Assembly: GCA_900088475.1 (NCBI GenBank)
Contig: FLMG01004723.1
Location: forward strand, 53,969-117,968
Direction of reading: 5' to 3'
Length of the DNA stretch: 64,000 nucleotides
DNA from: Hyphochytrium catenoides
Taxonomy: Eukaryota > Protista > Hyphochytriomycota
Made by a program: the position numbers and the translations under genes. Position 1 is the stretch's first letter, and the number at the start of each line of letters is the position of its first letter. Shown piece after piece: positions 1-15,000 of the stretch. Below the pieces are notes generated by a model. The model was not told the origin of the DNA. It made no database searches and saw only the letters and a program-made list of their open reading frames with translations.

Positions 1-3000
1 CACCAGGGAACACATCCAAGGTATAGTGTAGAGGTTCCAGGGCATCTTCTGTGACGATAACTAGCCTACTACCGCGTCTCGAAGGCACGTCGGCCAGAAA
101 CTCTACGGTCCATACATAGTTATTCGATGCGTGGCTCCTGGTTACGGCCACCCCGTTTATCGTCGTTAGGGCGTTGAGACTGGATTCTACCAATTTTGCC
201 GACGCGTCAATCGGCAAGAAATCGGTAAGCTCGTCATCAAATGAGATTCTGAATGGTCCTTGGGAGTCAATTAGCGTGAGCTTCTGAATCTCATTTATAG
301 GCAGACTGGTATACCATTCTATTCGATAGCTGCTCACCCGAGATCCCATAGGGTCCGGTGCCAGCCAAGTCAGTAGCAAAGAGGTTGAACTCTTCCTGAC
401 AGACGTGTTGTCATCCGGAAGGATAATCGAGAGTTGCAGCCCGCTGCCGTAAGAGATTTGCGAGGCATAAGAGCGGGAGACCAGGGAACGGGGTAATGGG
501 AGGCCCCATGCACTCCATCCTACCAAATTCATTGCCCTCACACGGAAGAAATATCGCTGCCCAGCTACTAAGCCCTCGATTGTGAGACTAAGAGTTTTCA
601 GCTTTGTCGTATACAGAGGATGGAGAGAGAAATCAGACTCCGTTCCCTCGTACCGGCCAAGTGCAGTCCCATTATTTCCACTGTTAAAAGCTTCTTGGAC
701 ATCCCATTCGACAGCATACAAAGAGGTCTTTGCGTAATTGTCAAAGGAAGGCGGTTTCCAGGACACTTGGATTGAGGTTGCTGAGCCTGCAATCCTGCGT
801 GTTATCACATCCTGCGGTTGTAACGGAGGAGCCATCGGATTCTCCTGGACACGTCGAGCTGACCTACTGGAGCCTTTGCTATTCTTGGCACTGACTTGGA
901 CGACAAATCCGCAACTTATAGCCAGACATGCAGGGTAGGATTGAGCAGTTACAGACTCTCGGTCGGAGGACAAGTCGTGCATTTCATAGACAATCGGTTT
1001 CAGAGCAGATAAACCGGAGGCATCCAGATAGTATGAGAAAACTGAACCGGTAGATCCTTGAGCACTTTCTGAAGCGAGGCATGCCAAAGAAGATCCAGGC
1101 ACCGCAGCTGCAACCTGTCCTCCACTGCATACTCTCACCAAACCCGGCTCGTTGTGTATATCCCGTAAAGAGCTAGAGCTAATGACAACATCAACTAGGT
1201 CACCCGGGTTCTCAATGAACGAGATCACAAAAACTCGTGAGGTAGCGTCATGCGTGGCTGTTATGGCTGCTGTCCGCACAAAGCTTATGCCCTCAAGGGC
1301 CGTTCTGAGATCATTTTCGGTTAGGTCGTAGCTTAGCGGAGATGTTGCTTCTCCTGCCATCGAAAGAATGAAGGAACCCCTCGTCACTTCGTTGGATATT
1401 TTAAGAGTCTGAACTTCAATCGAACCGTATTGGCCAGCAGGCCACCACTCGATATCATACCCAGCGATGCGCTCTCCCCCGTCGTCAAGGGGTTGCTGAA
1501 AGGACAGCTTCAGGGACTTCTCACTGACAATTGACAGAGAAGGAGACGTAGGCGGTAATGGCTTCACACTGTCTATCTCCAACCTAAATGGAGAGCCTGC
1601 TATTGGCAATGTATCGTAGAATAGTCGATTTGTGGGGATGATAGCCCTTGCTTGGGACAAACTAGACCAATAGAGTTTGATACTTGCAGGACCCGTGTTT
1701 TCCCTAAACTCCAGCTTGATAGGAGCAAGGCGATCATGGCTGAGGGGCACAACCGCGGTACTTGAAGCTGTCTTTGCAGTAGTCGAGTTGGAATCTCTAT
1801 CAAAATCATCAATGAGAAGCACGTTATCCACCCAGAGCCGAGCCCCATCGTCATATTCCACTGTGAAAGTAAAATTTTCAGTGAAAGGGGGTTTGACGTA
1901 ACCTGTCCAGCGGACGCTAATAAAGTCCTTGCCTGTTTCTGTTATGTGGTCAGAGGTAGTCCAGCTGAAGTCGATTTCTGCATCCACCCTTTCCATGACA
2001 GCGTCACCATACAGCCAGCGATTATTGAAATAGAAGCCGTTCAGACCTCCACCCAAGGCTTGGGAAATTTCAATATCATATACGCCTTTCCGAGGACCCT
2101 CGTACTTTACCTCGTACTGCCCGTCTGCTATGTAGGAGATGTGGACTTGAGCACTTGGAATACCCACAATGTTTCCCACAAAGCTGGGCCCAACTTCCCC
2201 GGCAACTGTCTGTACAGGATTGCCAGCAAGACCCCCTACAGAACGTGGGCAGTAGCCTCCAACACTTACCATTGGCTGCGGGCCATTGAGCAAGTACCCT
2301 TCACCATAAATCTCTTCGGGAGTTGAGCTGGTAGATTCCAGACTGATAATCCAGCTGCCAGGACCCTTTGACCCTGTGACAACTGAAGCTCGGTGGATGT
2401 CAGGTAACGTTCGCAGAGCTGCGGCCACTTCTTCTTCCGAGCTGTCACTACGGAGGTCCGGAGTGCGTCTGCCATTGTACTCGAGAAAAAAAGAACCAGC
2501 TGCATCCGGAGCTCCCTTCGCGATGACCTCTTGCTGACGATTACGGTCGCAAGAATATATTGATAACAGCGCAGGATCACCTGCTGAGGTCCGTAACTTC
2601 TTTCCATCACCTATCAAGTTAGGAACATCACCAAGCGCAGATGCAAAGGTCACTACATACTGGTAACCCGCGCGAGAGTGCTTGAATACAGCCAGTCCAG
2701 TTCGCGAGCGATGAGGGAAGGGCGCATTGAGCCGGATAATAGTGGGATCAATGCTAACTATAGCGAAGACAGGGCCATCATGACCAATTCGAATCCAATC
2801 GTCCACTGCGAACTGATCTGTCAAATCTGAGGTCGGGCGCACAACGTCTTCCAAGTAAGAGACCGTAACACTCGTTTCCGCTACAAGTATGTTGGCAGAC
2901 GAAGTAGTGACTTTGACTGCACCGAGCCCGGGCAAAGTGCCTAGAGCGAGCTGAACTTCCTGAGGGGACGCAGCACAAGAAAGCTCTACCCAGTTTCCGT

Positions 3001-6000
3001 TATATCCAATCTCAAATGATCCAGTAAGTGTGTGCGCAGGATTGCCAACTGTTGTTTCAATGACGGCAACTTCCTGGACTGGCCCGTCGAGAATTCTATT
3101 TGAGAAGCGATCGAAGCTCTCTATAAAGAAGCTTGACGTTTGCTTGTATGCCGAGAGCGGAATATCGTTTACCTTCGATCTTTCAGCACTAAGGGGAGCG
3201 GGGCGCACGTCGACCTGAAAAGGACAGACTCCCCTTTGTGAGCCAACTCCGCTGTTGTCCCCAGTGAAGATTTCGACCTCGAGATTTTGCAGTTGTGAGG
3301 ATTGCACCCCAATGACAGGAAGTGGACCGATTTGGTAAAAGTCGAGCAAGGAGCTGGTACTTGATAAAAAGGTTACGACAAAGTCATACCCTCCGGCCGC
3401 TACTAGATTCCTGGTCACTGACACTGTTCCCACTGTCGGCAAGGCGGCCAAGCTATCTGCCAAAGTAGTTGCGGCTTCAGCATCGGTTTTGAGGGCCAAG
3501 GCTGCAGCAGATATCTCCTCAGTATGGGCATCACGAAAGGTCAGGCGGATGAATCCAGATACTATATAAGGGTCACTAAACGTCAAACGCAAGACTTGTA
3601 TCTCTGGCAGTAGGACTGATCCAACAGCGGGATCCGTCTTGATGTGGTGGCTAACACCTTCGATAAGCGTCCTGGTCATGGAACGGGTCCTCTCGCCAGC
3701 TGGAATAAGTTGATCCCGCGATGCTAGTTGAGGAACGTTCCCAGCACCTAGGAAGGTCACTTCGTAGTAAAAGCCGTTCTTCGCGTCAGCGTCCGCCTCT
3801 CGAAGCTCATGACCAAACTTACGACTGACAGCAACCTTGCCAACTCCATTCAGGGCTTCAAGCGCCTTCTGCATTTCAGTCTCGGAGCAGTCCCATCGTA
3901 AGGCCCAGGTCTCTTCCCCCTCAAATTGAAGATAAAAATAGCCCCCGCGATCATAAGCTGATGGAAACTTCGTCAAGATGACTTGGACTTCGGGCTGGGT
4001 ACCATAGGTGATAGCAATGGTATGAACACCCTGAATGGTAGGGGTAAATGTGACCTTAAACTTGCCATCACCCAGTCTGGTAATGTTACCAACTGTGGCC
4101 GACTCCGACCCAGGCCTGGCATTAGGATGAAAGATATCAACCCGGAAGTGGTCCGAAGTGTCGTTCTCCTGATCGTTCCCGCCTCCATCCTTAGCCTGAA
4201 TTGTGAAAGTGGACACCTGGCCAGCCTCGCCTTGATACAGACCCCTTCCATAAGCCGTCGTGACTCCAGCGTCAGTTTGGGCTGACGTCACATTGAACAC
4301 AATTGGGCCATTGCCAACCGCTGCCGCTTCCCATCCCTTGCGAACCTGACGTACCGTCAAAGAAGCCAAATTTCCCCTGAGCTGTGAGCCATCGGCTACC
4401 ATGGGCTCGAGATCGCCCTCACTAGGAGATCGAAGGAAGGTGATTGCCCAGGAGCATGTCCTGAGACCATTGTCTGGGCAGTTAAATCTTACCACATCAA
4501 CGGTGTTCTCAGGCACATTTGACAGTTCTTCGAGTGCGGACTTCATATGTACCGCATCAACATTCCAGTCTAGCCACGTAGTCGAACGAGTAACTTTATC
4601 GCCAGAGTCATCCATCCCTCGAAACGTTAGCCGAAACTTACCGCCATTCATGTCTGACAGGGCTGAGGTGGTCACTGCCTGGATCTCAGAGACTAATGAC
4701 GAGGAAACGTCCAACCGGTAGGTTCCCTTCACTTGCGGTGAAAAGTAAATGGAGTATGTACCCGTCCTGCTACCGCCTTTGAAAACATTTACCCCAAACA
4801 AATCTGGTCCCTTATAAATGGTTTGCAGAGGCACATTGCTTGGGTCGATCACACCAGACTCTTCGCTTACCCGAATAGGTAGGCCTCCATCCAGTAACAA
4901 GGTGTCCCCTCTTTTGAGAGTATTTGCGTGATTGGTCCAGGTCGCTGGGTAACTCGCCATTCTCAACATCGAGCTACCCTTTAGAAGTATTCCTTTACCC
5001 AAATAGATGTAGTCGTTTGCAACGACTGAGCTCAGAGAATATGCCGAGGATGAAAAGCTCTTGCATTGATGCCCCGACTTGACGTAAATGCTTGTTATAC
5101 TGTTTCTTGCGGACCATTTAGCGTCCAGAACGGTGAAGATACATTCTTGACCAAGTAAAGAGATGTCAGGGTTGAAAACTGTGATTCTCATACCAGACTT
5201 CACAACAGGGTTAGAGTGCATTTGGAGTGGTGGGCTACCAACTAGGTTGAGTGCCACTCCCAATACATTGCTCTCCAAGGATACGACGCAGTGCGTACAG
5301 ATTGAGCTGGGTTCGTAAACGACGGGGCTTAGAGATACCTCCTCGTTCTTCCGGCCAACAGCTGCCCAACCAGAGATCCCAACAAGACGAACCTGCCATT
5401 TCTCTTTCCCACTATTGAAAATCTCATTGCCTCCAGCGTCCTTCGCAAGAATTTCGGCCTCGAAGACCTCCAGAGCACGGCCACCAAGTAAGCCATCGCC
5501 AGTCACCCTCGAATTGGAAGCATTTAGACTTCCTGGATGGACCTGCACTCTAAAAGGAGAGTTATCTATGTTTCTCTCATACAGCAGGAAAGAGGCTGGA
5601 ATGGGCCGGATTGTGAAGCTGGAAGAGCTCCATTGTAGGTCCAGGTAAGCAGCGCCGCGAATGTGGACGTACTCGACAATAAAGCTGTGTGGATAGGTGC
5701 TGTTCAAAGATATTGAGCCCGATACGGCACCGCCGGTTGTGGTCCGGTTGTTCGAAGAGATGGAGTCCAGGACAATATGCCCAGCTACAGTGAGGCGGAC
5801 GTGGTCCCCGGCTGTTGCTGCAAAGGTATATAGGTCCGACCGTGGCACCCTAATCCTTCCTGTGAGCCGAAGGCTAAAATATTCTGCAGGAAAGTTCGGA
5901 AGAGGTGATCCCTCATCCCACCTGAGACTTAGCGAGGAGAACAACGCGCTCGAGTCACAAGGGGTCAACGCAGTCCCTGATAACCGCAATGAGGGAGAAG

Positions 6001-9000
6001 GACAGTGCCGAGACGAGCCAAGAACAGGTTTCGTAAAGTTAGTGTTACGAAATAGATTCCCAAGAAGACCGCCCGGACGAGTAATAGTTGCCTGCAGCTG
6101 GTGCTCTCCAGTTACCTGAGGAGTAAAGGCCAAATTGTATCTACCAAGTGCCCTTTGCTTGTGATTCGTTGTTGCTGTACTTGTGCTCATTTGACCAGTG
6201 GGATCGCTCACCTTTAGAGACAGAATGTCTTCCTCTAAAGGGCTTTCAACAGCATTCAAATAGTAGTCTCGTAACTGAACGGAGAATACGCTAGGCTCGT
6301 TTACCACACCTACCGGTTTGGCGTCGTGGGTACACATTACAGGATCTACCTCGCCAGCCCGCACACGCAGCCCTTTGGCTGTCGACGTTAGAATGTCCTC
6401 CTCATTAAAGCTAATTTGGACATCATAGTGCCCGCTGATCTCTGGCGTGTATGCTACGATTAGGGCCCCGCTGTCATCTTGAGGCAGGATGTAGTCTAGG
6501 CCTTGAACACGCTGCTTTATCTCGACTTCAGCCACAATACCCGTAAGCTGTGAGGCCGTCATAAGTGGCAGGTTTGTGTATCTCTTGAAGTTTATCAAAA
6601 TCTCCGTGCTATCATCCGGATCGCAGACTGTTCCCTTAGTGGCGGAAACTGACACAGGGAAGCCAAAAGAGTTAGCTATTTGCTCCTCGAACGCAGATAT
6701 TGTGGTTCCAGCCAAAATATTAGCAGTAAGGGTGCTATTGCCAATGCCGAGAGAGAGCAAAAAAGATCCACTACCGGCGCCAGACAATCGGCAATGTAAA
6801 GACTGTACTTCGTGGCCCTCAATCCTAACTGTCCTAGTAGAGTCTCTGGCGCCAGCATGTTCCTCTGAGATCAGGAAGTCCAAATTGGCACTGCTACTAA
6901 CTGAGGGTAGGTCAACATTGCCAGCATCGGTCGAATAAATGAGCCTAATCTCAGATGAAGTGCCCGAAGGGCATATTACTGGAAATGCAAGAGACCTGCC
7001 CAAAGGTTCAGCAGAAACGCCTAGTGTCCTGATGGCATTGTTCAAAGCTTGAACGCTGTCCCGAGCCATAAGACTCACTGAGCCAGAGTTAAATGTGAAA
7101 GATATTGCCGCCAGATCACAATTCTCCGACTCAGGGCAGCGACAAGAAAGGATCTGTGTCTCAGCTAGACCCGGCACATAAGCTTGCATCGACATACGAA
7201 TGGAGATGGTATCGAGGCTCTCCAACGGTATGTCATTGCCTACCGTCCCATTTTGCAGTTTCCTCGTCATCACTTGAGGTGGTGCCTGGTCATCCGGATG
7301 CTGTATACCATCTGAGAGGACTTGGACAGGCTCTAGGTTGCCAACCGTCCATTCTTTCTGTCCGTTAAAGACAAGAGTATAGATATTCCAGACGTATGGA
7401 CTCCGGTCCCTTAGGCGCATTGGATCGAATCCAACAGAGTCTTTGACAACCGTAACCGAGAGACCGTCTTCCAGCGCGTTGATAGCAGACTGTACAACCT
7501 CAGCATCAGCATCCCAGGGAATTCCTTCCGTCAACATGCTGCCAAATTTCAGCTGAAATGTCCCCCATATCGGATGTAGCCCTTGGACGACCGGAATCTG
7601 TCCCGAATTGTCCTCCACTTCGAAAATTTGAACCCCAACTATGGATTTGTAGGCAATCGGGGGCAGGTCCCCAAGGGCATCCTCAAAGCGAATTACAACT
7701 CTTAGAGGGTTAGAACTTGCACAGATTACTTGTGAATGGTCGGAGGGCTGAATGACAGTGACGGGCGTTATCTCCGAAAACACTGATTGGAACCGAGCGA
7801 TCGAGTCCGTCGCTTCCAGAGTCCGACTTACACCTCGGAAACTGACGCTGAAGCGTCCCGAACTGCCCGTGCACTTCAAGCTTTGGATTTCAGGGCGGAA
7901 GGAAGAAGCGGCATGAGCAACTCTTCCCTGAACTATCGTTTGTACATCATAGAGACGCTGGTCTCGACCTTGCAGCGTGAAGTTTGACAAAACTCCTGCT
8001 CTGGCCTGTTCTAGACCAAGGCCGTAGGCTATTGAGCTTGCAGCGTCAGGAGGTCCCGGGCGAACATTTATCAAAAAGGGACTGCCTATTACATCTAAAC
8101 CATCGCTGCTCCTGACACTAAGGGAATAGGAACCAGATACGAAAAGCGTGTAACCAATGTCATATACTCCAGACTGTGCAGGTGCTTTCACAGTCAATAG
8201 TCCCGCTAAGTTGTTCGACATCTCGACAATCTCCAAAGGCTTAGCACGCCATGCGTCATAGTCATGGATCCAAGTTATGACCCATTCGACCTTTGTGAGC
8301 TTGACACTCTTGGTCACCAGGACAGTGCTCAAACCGTCCGAAAGCGAATCCAAGACAACCTTCAATCCGTACCTGGAAATTGAAGGGGAGATTTCGACGG
8401 TAGTCATGTCACCATATGAGAGCTTAAAAAAGCCCTTAGTCACCGTTTTATCCTCAAGGGTTAGCGTTTGAACTGCCGATGACGATAGAAAGCGCCCTGC
8501 TTTAGAAGAGAACAGCTCCGCGATAAAGACATCTGGCTGCCCTGGGCTAGTCCTCAAGTTTGAGAACTGATCTAAGGCTGATACTCTAAAGAAGCTCTCA
8601 ACTCCTGAAACAGTTATCGAAAGGCCAGCATCAGGCGGTACACCGCCGTCAGACACAGTTGAGCTCTGAGGATGGAGATCTCCGTGATGGACTATTAACC
8701 CGCCGTACCCTACTTGCTGAGAGCCACAGTTGTTGATACCGGTGGGGCAAACTTTGATCGGGACACCATCCACTGCTACTTCAACGTCATAAGTACCAGC
8801 AATAGTGATGGTGTAACGAATCACATAACTTCCATCACCGCTGTCGCTGACCTGACCATAGAAGGAAATATGCGAGTCACTCTGTTTTCTAAAGCTGGCA
8901 GTAAAATGTGAGCCTCCCCTGTCTAGGTAATTCCCAAAGCTATCGACAGCTTGGATAGAGAAGACCCCTACCTCCCCTGCCACAGCTGCCAGTAGGCCAT

Positions 9001-12000
9001 TGGGTGAAGGAGACGACAGCGGAGCCGCGTACGAAGTAAGGTGTGAAGCTTGAGCCGGGTGGACCTTAAGGTCAAAAGGACTGCACCTTTGCTTCTCGCC
9101 CTTTCCGCAATAAATGTCAGTGTCGGCAGACCTTATGTAGAGCTTGTAGAATCCGCTCTCGTAGACGTTGTAAGTCACTCGGTACTGGCCCGCACCCAGA
9201 TAGGTAGGAACCATATCGGGCGCCACCTTTCCAACGGATGACTCGATGTATACCGAAAAGATGTCTCCGCTAGTAGTCTTATTATTTCCGAATTTGTCCT
9301 TAGCCTGGATGGTAAATGAAGCTTTTTCCCCTGCTATGGCCTCATTCAAACCGCTACCGAAAGCGGTTGTATACGGAAAGTCTGCTGAACCAGGCAATAT
9401 ACTGACAGCTGCTGGACTTCCCACAACGTGCATGGGATAGTAGAGATAACGGGTCGGTATAATCTGCCTAAGCAGGCTAGGGCTACTCCAGTATAGTTGG
9501 CATGCCGCCGGCCCTTGACTGTGAATGTACTCGATGGCCACATCATGAAAGTTGCCACTTTGCAAGGAAGCTGTAACTCTTAGTTCCCTGAAATCTGGAG
9601 TTCCCATGGGTCCCAGTAAGTCATTATCAGCATCTAAAAGTAGGTTGTGATCAATCCACAGTCGTACAGCTCCATCCGTGAGGACGTAAAGGGTATAGGT
9701 CTCAGTGGTGGGTGCCAATAGTTTGCCATCCCATCGTACACTAACAAAGTCTCCAGCATCAGGCGTGAGAAGACCATTCCCCCATTGGAAGTCAATCGAT
9801 GGGTCCACTCTTTCTTCCACCGGATCCCCTGTGAACCACTGGTTGTTGAACAAGGTAGCGGTGAGCCCACCCTCCAACAGCTGCCGTGTTACAAGCAAAT
9901 ATTCTCCTGGAACTTTGGGTTTGTAGCTTCCTCTATAATAGGGCAAACCAAGTACCTCTTTTCTCACATCAAGCGATATCGGCCCCTGAGAAGTTATCGC
10001 ATTCTGAGAACCATCGACCACCTTGATGACCCTTGTATCCGAAGAGATAGTGCCGCGCAGTCGACTTTGATCAACGACAATGAGCTCTTGGCTCCCGAGG
10101 TTGCTTAGAAAGGTGACCAGGAAATCGTACTGGCCAAAATCTCGAGAGATCCGCAATGTGCGAACAAGCCCCACAGCCGATATAGCTTGTAACGCCTGCG
10201 ACACCTGATTGGCAGTTGCATCATTAGGGAGCCATTCGGTGCTTCCTTCCTTGAAGTTAAGGCGAAAGAACCCTGTTATCGGTGTTGGGATTCCGCCCGC
10301 TATGCGGACCCTTTGCACCTCGTACCGGACAGCACGCGCTTGAAGCAAAGGCAAGTTTCCGGGTTGGCGGACAAAGGTAACCGTCCATCTTCTGCCATTT
10401 GAAAGAGGGGTCATACTCACAGCGACCGTATTCACACTAGGCAGCTTCTGCAATTGCCACTTCACTTCGGTTGCTGTGGCGTCAAATGAAATATCTGCTG
10501 TCACGTCCCCCGCAAAGCCAATAGTGAAAGTGCTTCCTTGCATTATTGGCGAAAAGCCTCTGTTTGCCTCGCTAATTGATATGGCCCTCACGCCTAGCCT
10601 TCCTTGTTTAGGAGAAGTCCACATTGCTATATCCCCGACAGGACTGTGAAACGTCAGTAGCCAGTCAACTCCACTTGGAGAAGTCGCTACAGAAGCCTGA
10701 ACGGAATAGCTCGGGAACATTGATTGCAGTGTTTCTGTCAATGATCCGCTGGTCATTGAGGTCGTCACGCTAGCAAAGTTGTCTGAACCAAAAGGGCCTA
10801 GCTGGAAGAAACCGGGTTGCCCCAAGTCATCTAGCTCAATCGAAACAAGCTGGACCTCGGGGATAAAATCATCTGACGCAGCGAGAGTAACGCTCTGAAC
10901 TTCAGCGAGGCCCGCCCGAACTTTTAGAAACAACCCATTCCGACTCAATTGAGGCATAGGGTTCACTGTGCCTGGGACGATCAGGAACTCCGGCACATTT
11001 CCGAATAGTTCCTTGAATGTCACAGAGAAGGTGAAGACTGAGCTCCCAGAACGGGAGACCTCTACCTCGCCCATCTGTAGGCCAAAGTCTGTAAGTAGAA
11101 GGTTGCGCAGGATCTCCGCGCTATCAGAACTATGCCCTTGAAGCTCTTCCGCAGTTATCTGTCGGCTTTCAATCATCGCCCCCTCTCCAAGAAAGGTTGA
11201 TGGATCCCACCGGATCGAGAATGTTCCGGTTGCACGTGCGGACAAATCAAAACTTTGGACCTCAAGAATTGAAGGTTGATAGGTGGCTAGGCCCCCGTCA
11301 GCAACCCATTCGGGCCTACCGGTTGCACTGAAAGATTTGTTCCAGAGCTCGCTAAAGAAGATATCCTGTCCTTTGAAATTGCTGGGTGCATCCGAGTCTG
11401 TAACAACATTGCCAGATGCCTTTTTGGGCTCGATGATATACTCATTCCTCCTGCCCTTCACAAATTCCTCAACAGTAACAAGATTAGATGGAGTACCCGT
11501 CACGAGAGGGACGTCACCTAGCTCCTCTAAAAACGTAATACGCCACACCACAGGCGATCCCACTACTCGATCATCCTTAGATACATGGACGTCACCGATC
11601 TTGAAGACTTTCGAAGAAAGGAAGGATGCAATATCTGCAGCCGTAGTGGTAGCCGTAAAGGTTGGAGATTGTAACCCCATGAAGCCAAGGGAAAACGTGT
11701 CAGGGTCCACTCCTTTAAAGGTCACAGTCTGAACTTCAGAAACGTAGCCGGTGAAGCCTGAGATCAATCCAGAGCCAGAGAGCGTAGTGGCAAATGGACT
11801 AGAGCCGCTTCTGGCAATGATAGTTGCAGTGGTAGGGCTCGGAAGCCCGTCTCCTATGGCGTTCAGGGCCACAACCTTAAAAGCATACGTAGTGTCTGCT
11901 TTCAGATTCTTAACAGTGTAGGAAAATACCTGCGGTGCATTTCGCCCATCATATACCATTACTGCTGCGCTGGCCTGCTGGTAAAAAGAGTCCACTCGGA

Positions 12001-15000
12001 TGCGTGCCCCCTCCCCAGTCAACAGACCGCCCTTGGCTACCAGCTGCGAGACAGGACCAACAAGGGTGGTGAAGGTCACTAGCCATTCAGCTGCGCCACA
12101 TCCAACATGCTCAAGCCGATTCTTGGACACAGTCACCAGCCCTACCCCCTCGAGAGAAGAAAGAGCAAAGGCTAGGGTTTCCGCATCAATATCCGCAGAC
12201 AGTGCGGCCGTCTCACTGTCCAAGTAGCTCAGTGTGAAAGACCCTCCTAAACACTCAGTGCCCTGTCTAACCCTAGCAAGGGATGCAGACTTCAAGGACT
12301 CTAGACCTTCTGCCAGAAACACTAGGGTGTTTACAGGCCCTAGATCGAGACTAAACGTTATGCTGAATTCAAGGCGATATCCAGAATTCGTGTCCATCAC
12401 GACACTTACGGGCTCGTTATGGAGTAAGGCGCGGAGCTCCACCTCAATTCTGTTTGTGATTTGAGAGTCCATCATAGAAATCGAAGAAGATAAACTCAAC
12501 ACCCCCGTTGCTGGAGAAGTATACTGGAACCGGAAAGTGCCACCTTCAGCTTCAATGATCAGTCTTTTGATCTCAGCCTGTTGAGGCTTAACCTCAGTAA
12601 AGATGCGCTGAATGGCAGACTTAACAGGAGCTGGTTCTGATGGGCTTTGGAGGGGAACTCCAGGAAAGGCATACAACTTGTAGCCAGTGATTGGACTCCC
12701 CCCATCAAAAGCAGGAGGCTCCCACTGCAAGGTCACAGAAGAGAACAGTACATCGGGTACGCTTAAGCTGAGGCTGGGTGAGTTTGGGGGGTATGCCAAA
12801 TTACTATTTGCAAGGTTGGACTGAAGCCGCCGATGAGCAGGAGCTTCCACATCTTTGATAATTGGTACCATTGGACTTCCTGGAAGCACACTGCAAAGAA
12901 TCGTTGTCGTTGAGCTCTTACTGCTGCGGCCCTGCGCATTGATAGCAACAAGGAAGAAGCTATACGGTACATCCTCGACAGCGCCAGGAAACTCAAATAT
13001 CCAGGGATCAGAACTGACGCTCCCGCGTAGCTGGAAGTCACCATCCCCGCCATTGTCACTATAAACCTCATACTTTAGTATGGGGCTCCCGCCGTTGTCC
13101 AGGTTTGCCTTCCAAGAGAGCCATATACTGCCGTCTCCCATGATATTGGGATCTCCGATATTGGTTCTAGATGAGCGAGAAGGTGCATTTGGTGGGGGAG
13201 GTGGCCTTGGTGGCCGCACGAAAAAGGAAGATTCCGGACTTGACTGCCCAATGCACACTGCTTCCTGTGCAAGACTATCACAGCGGTTCAAGGCACGTAC
13301 AAAAAAGCGATATTGCCTTCCTGCCTCAATGAATATTCCGTCCTGCGAAGTCCGCAAAGTGTATTCCATTATATCCGGGCGGCCAGTACCGTCGTAGACC
13401 ATCCTTGAACTTCCCCCGGTCCAATCATCTACGAACAGTTGATAACCATCAACTGCTGCACCTCCGGTGAGAGTAGGATGAAGCCATCCTACCTTGATAG
13501 ACGTTGCCGTGGACTCTATCAGATAGACAGGAGGTGGCGGTCCAGGCTCCAGGTTACTTGGAATGACGTATGCAGGATGAGAAAGCCTTCTTTTACCGTA
13601 TCCAAAAGCGTTCTTGGCGTAAGCTCGAGCGAAGTACTTTTGGCCCGTTCTTAGATTATCCATAGTGACGTCATACGGTCCTGCTCGGGACAGATCGTGG
13701 ATATCCATGGTAGTGACAGGAATTGTTCCTTCAGCGATTGAAGCCGTGTTCACGTCAATGGAGACACAACCTTGAAGGCCGTTCTTAAGGACAACCAAGC
13801 TATGCGGGCCAAGTATGTTACAGACGTCAAGATTGGGCCCTTTTCGCATGCAATCGCTGAACGTCACAAGCCATGAGATGCTCTCATCATCAATGACCTT
13901 TGTTACTTCCACACGACCCACATTGCTCAGAGCTTCAAGCGCAAATTTGACATCCTCTGACGATGAGAACCAGTTCAGCGCCGAAGAGACCTGATTGTTG
14001 AATGATAGCTGAAAAGTTCCTCTCAGGCTGGACGATCCTGGCTGGAGCATAGTTACCTTGACACGGGACGATAAGGATCCTCGAGACCCAAGCATTCCAG
14101 TGTCGTCTGCAGTGAGGGCTGCTACTAGACCGGTATTAGCTGGGAAAGCACCAGGATTAGACGTGAAAGTCACAGTCCACTTGTACTCCTGACAGGGTCC
14201 TGGTCCACTGCGGGTAACTTCGACATTGCCGATATTTGGCAGTTCCTCTAATGCGGCCTTCATTTCGGTGTCTGCAGCATTGTAGTGCAGGGGCCGTGTT
14301 TTGAACCCGCGAAGAGCTAGATTGAAGGAACCGTCTAACTGATTGCCTATCTTAGCACCAAGAGCACCACCTTCCGCGGCTCCTTTCAAAACAACTACCT
14401 CAGCTCCGTTACCCACCAGCTTGTAATCCTGGATGCTTACTGAAAGGCGATCAACATTGCCTCCTACCAAAGGTCCGAGGAAAGTCACTAGCCAGGTTTG
14501 GGAGTTATCGCTTCCTAGTGAGGCGGATACCGTGCTTACTTGCACTCCTCCAACCCCAACTGAGGACATAGAATTGAGCTTAGACGCAAAGGCATTCGCG
14601 GTAGCGTCATAGGAAATGGGTTCAGAGACTTGCCCGCGGAAGGAAAGTCTGAAGGACCCTGACAGTGGCGCTTCGCCTTTAACACTTTCAATGATATCAA
14701 TGCGCCTATTTCCTTGGAGCTGAGACACATCTGAACCCAGAGAAGGCATATCCCCGGCAAAGCCATTCACCGAGTTGAATGTCACCTGAAAACCAGTCGT
14801 ACAACCATTCGTAGGACACGGAGAGCAAGCTTGCAAAGACCCAGGCACAAATGTGACCGTGACATCAGCCAACGGCTGGATTGCCATTAGAGCTGCTCTG
14901 ATCGCCGCTGCTGTCGCGTTGTGCGCTATTGGTGGGGACCTATATCCTTCAAAAATGAGCGCAAAAGTTCCACCAGATGCATCGCATGTTAGAGTCTGCA

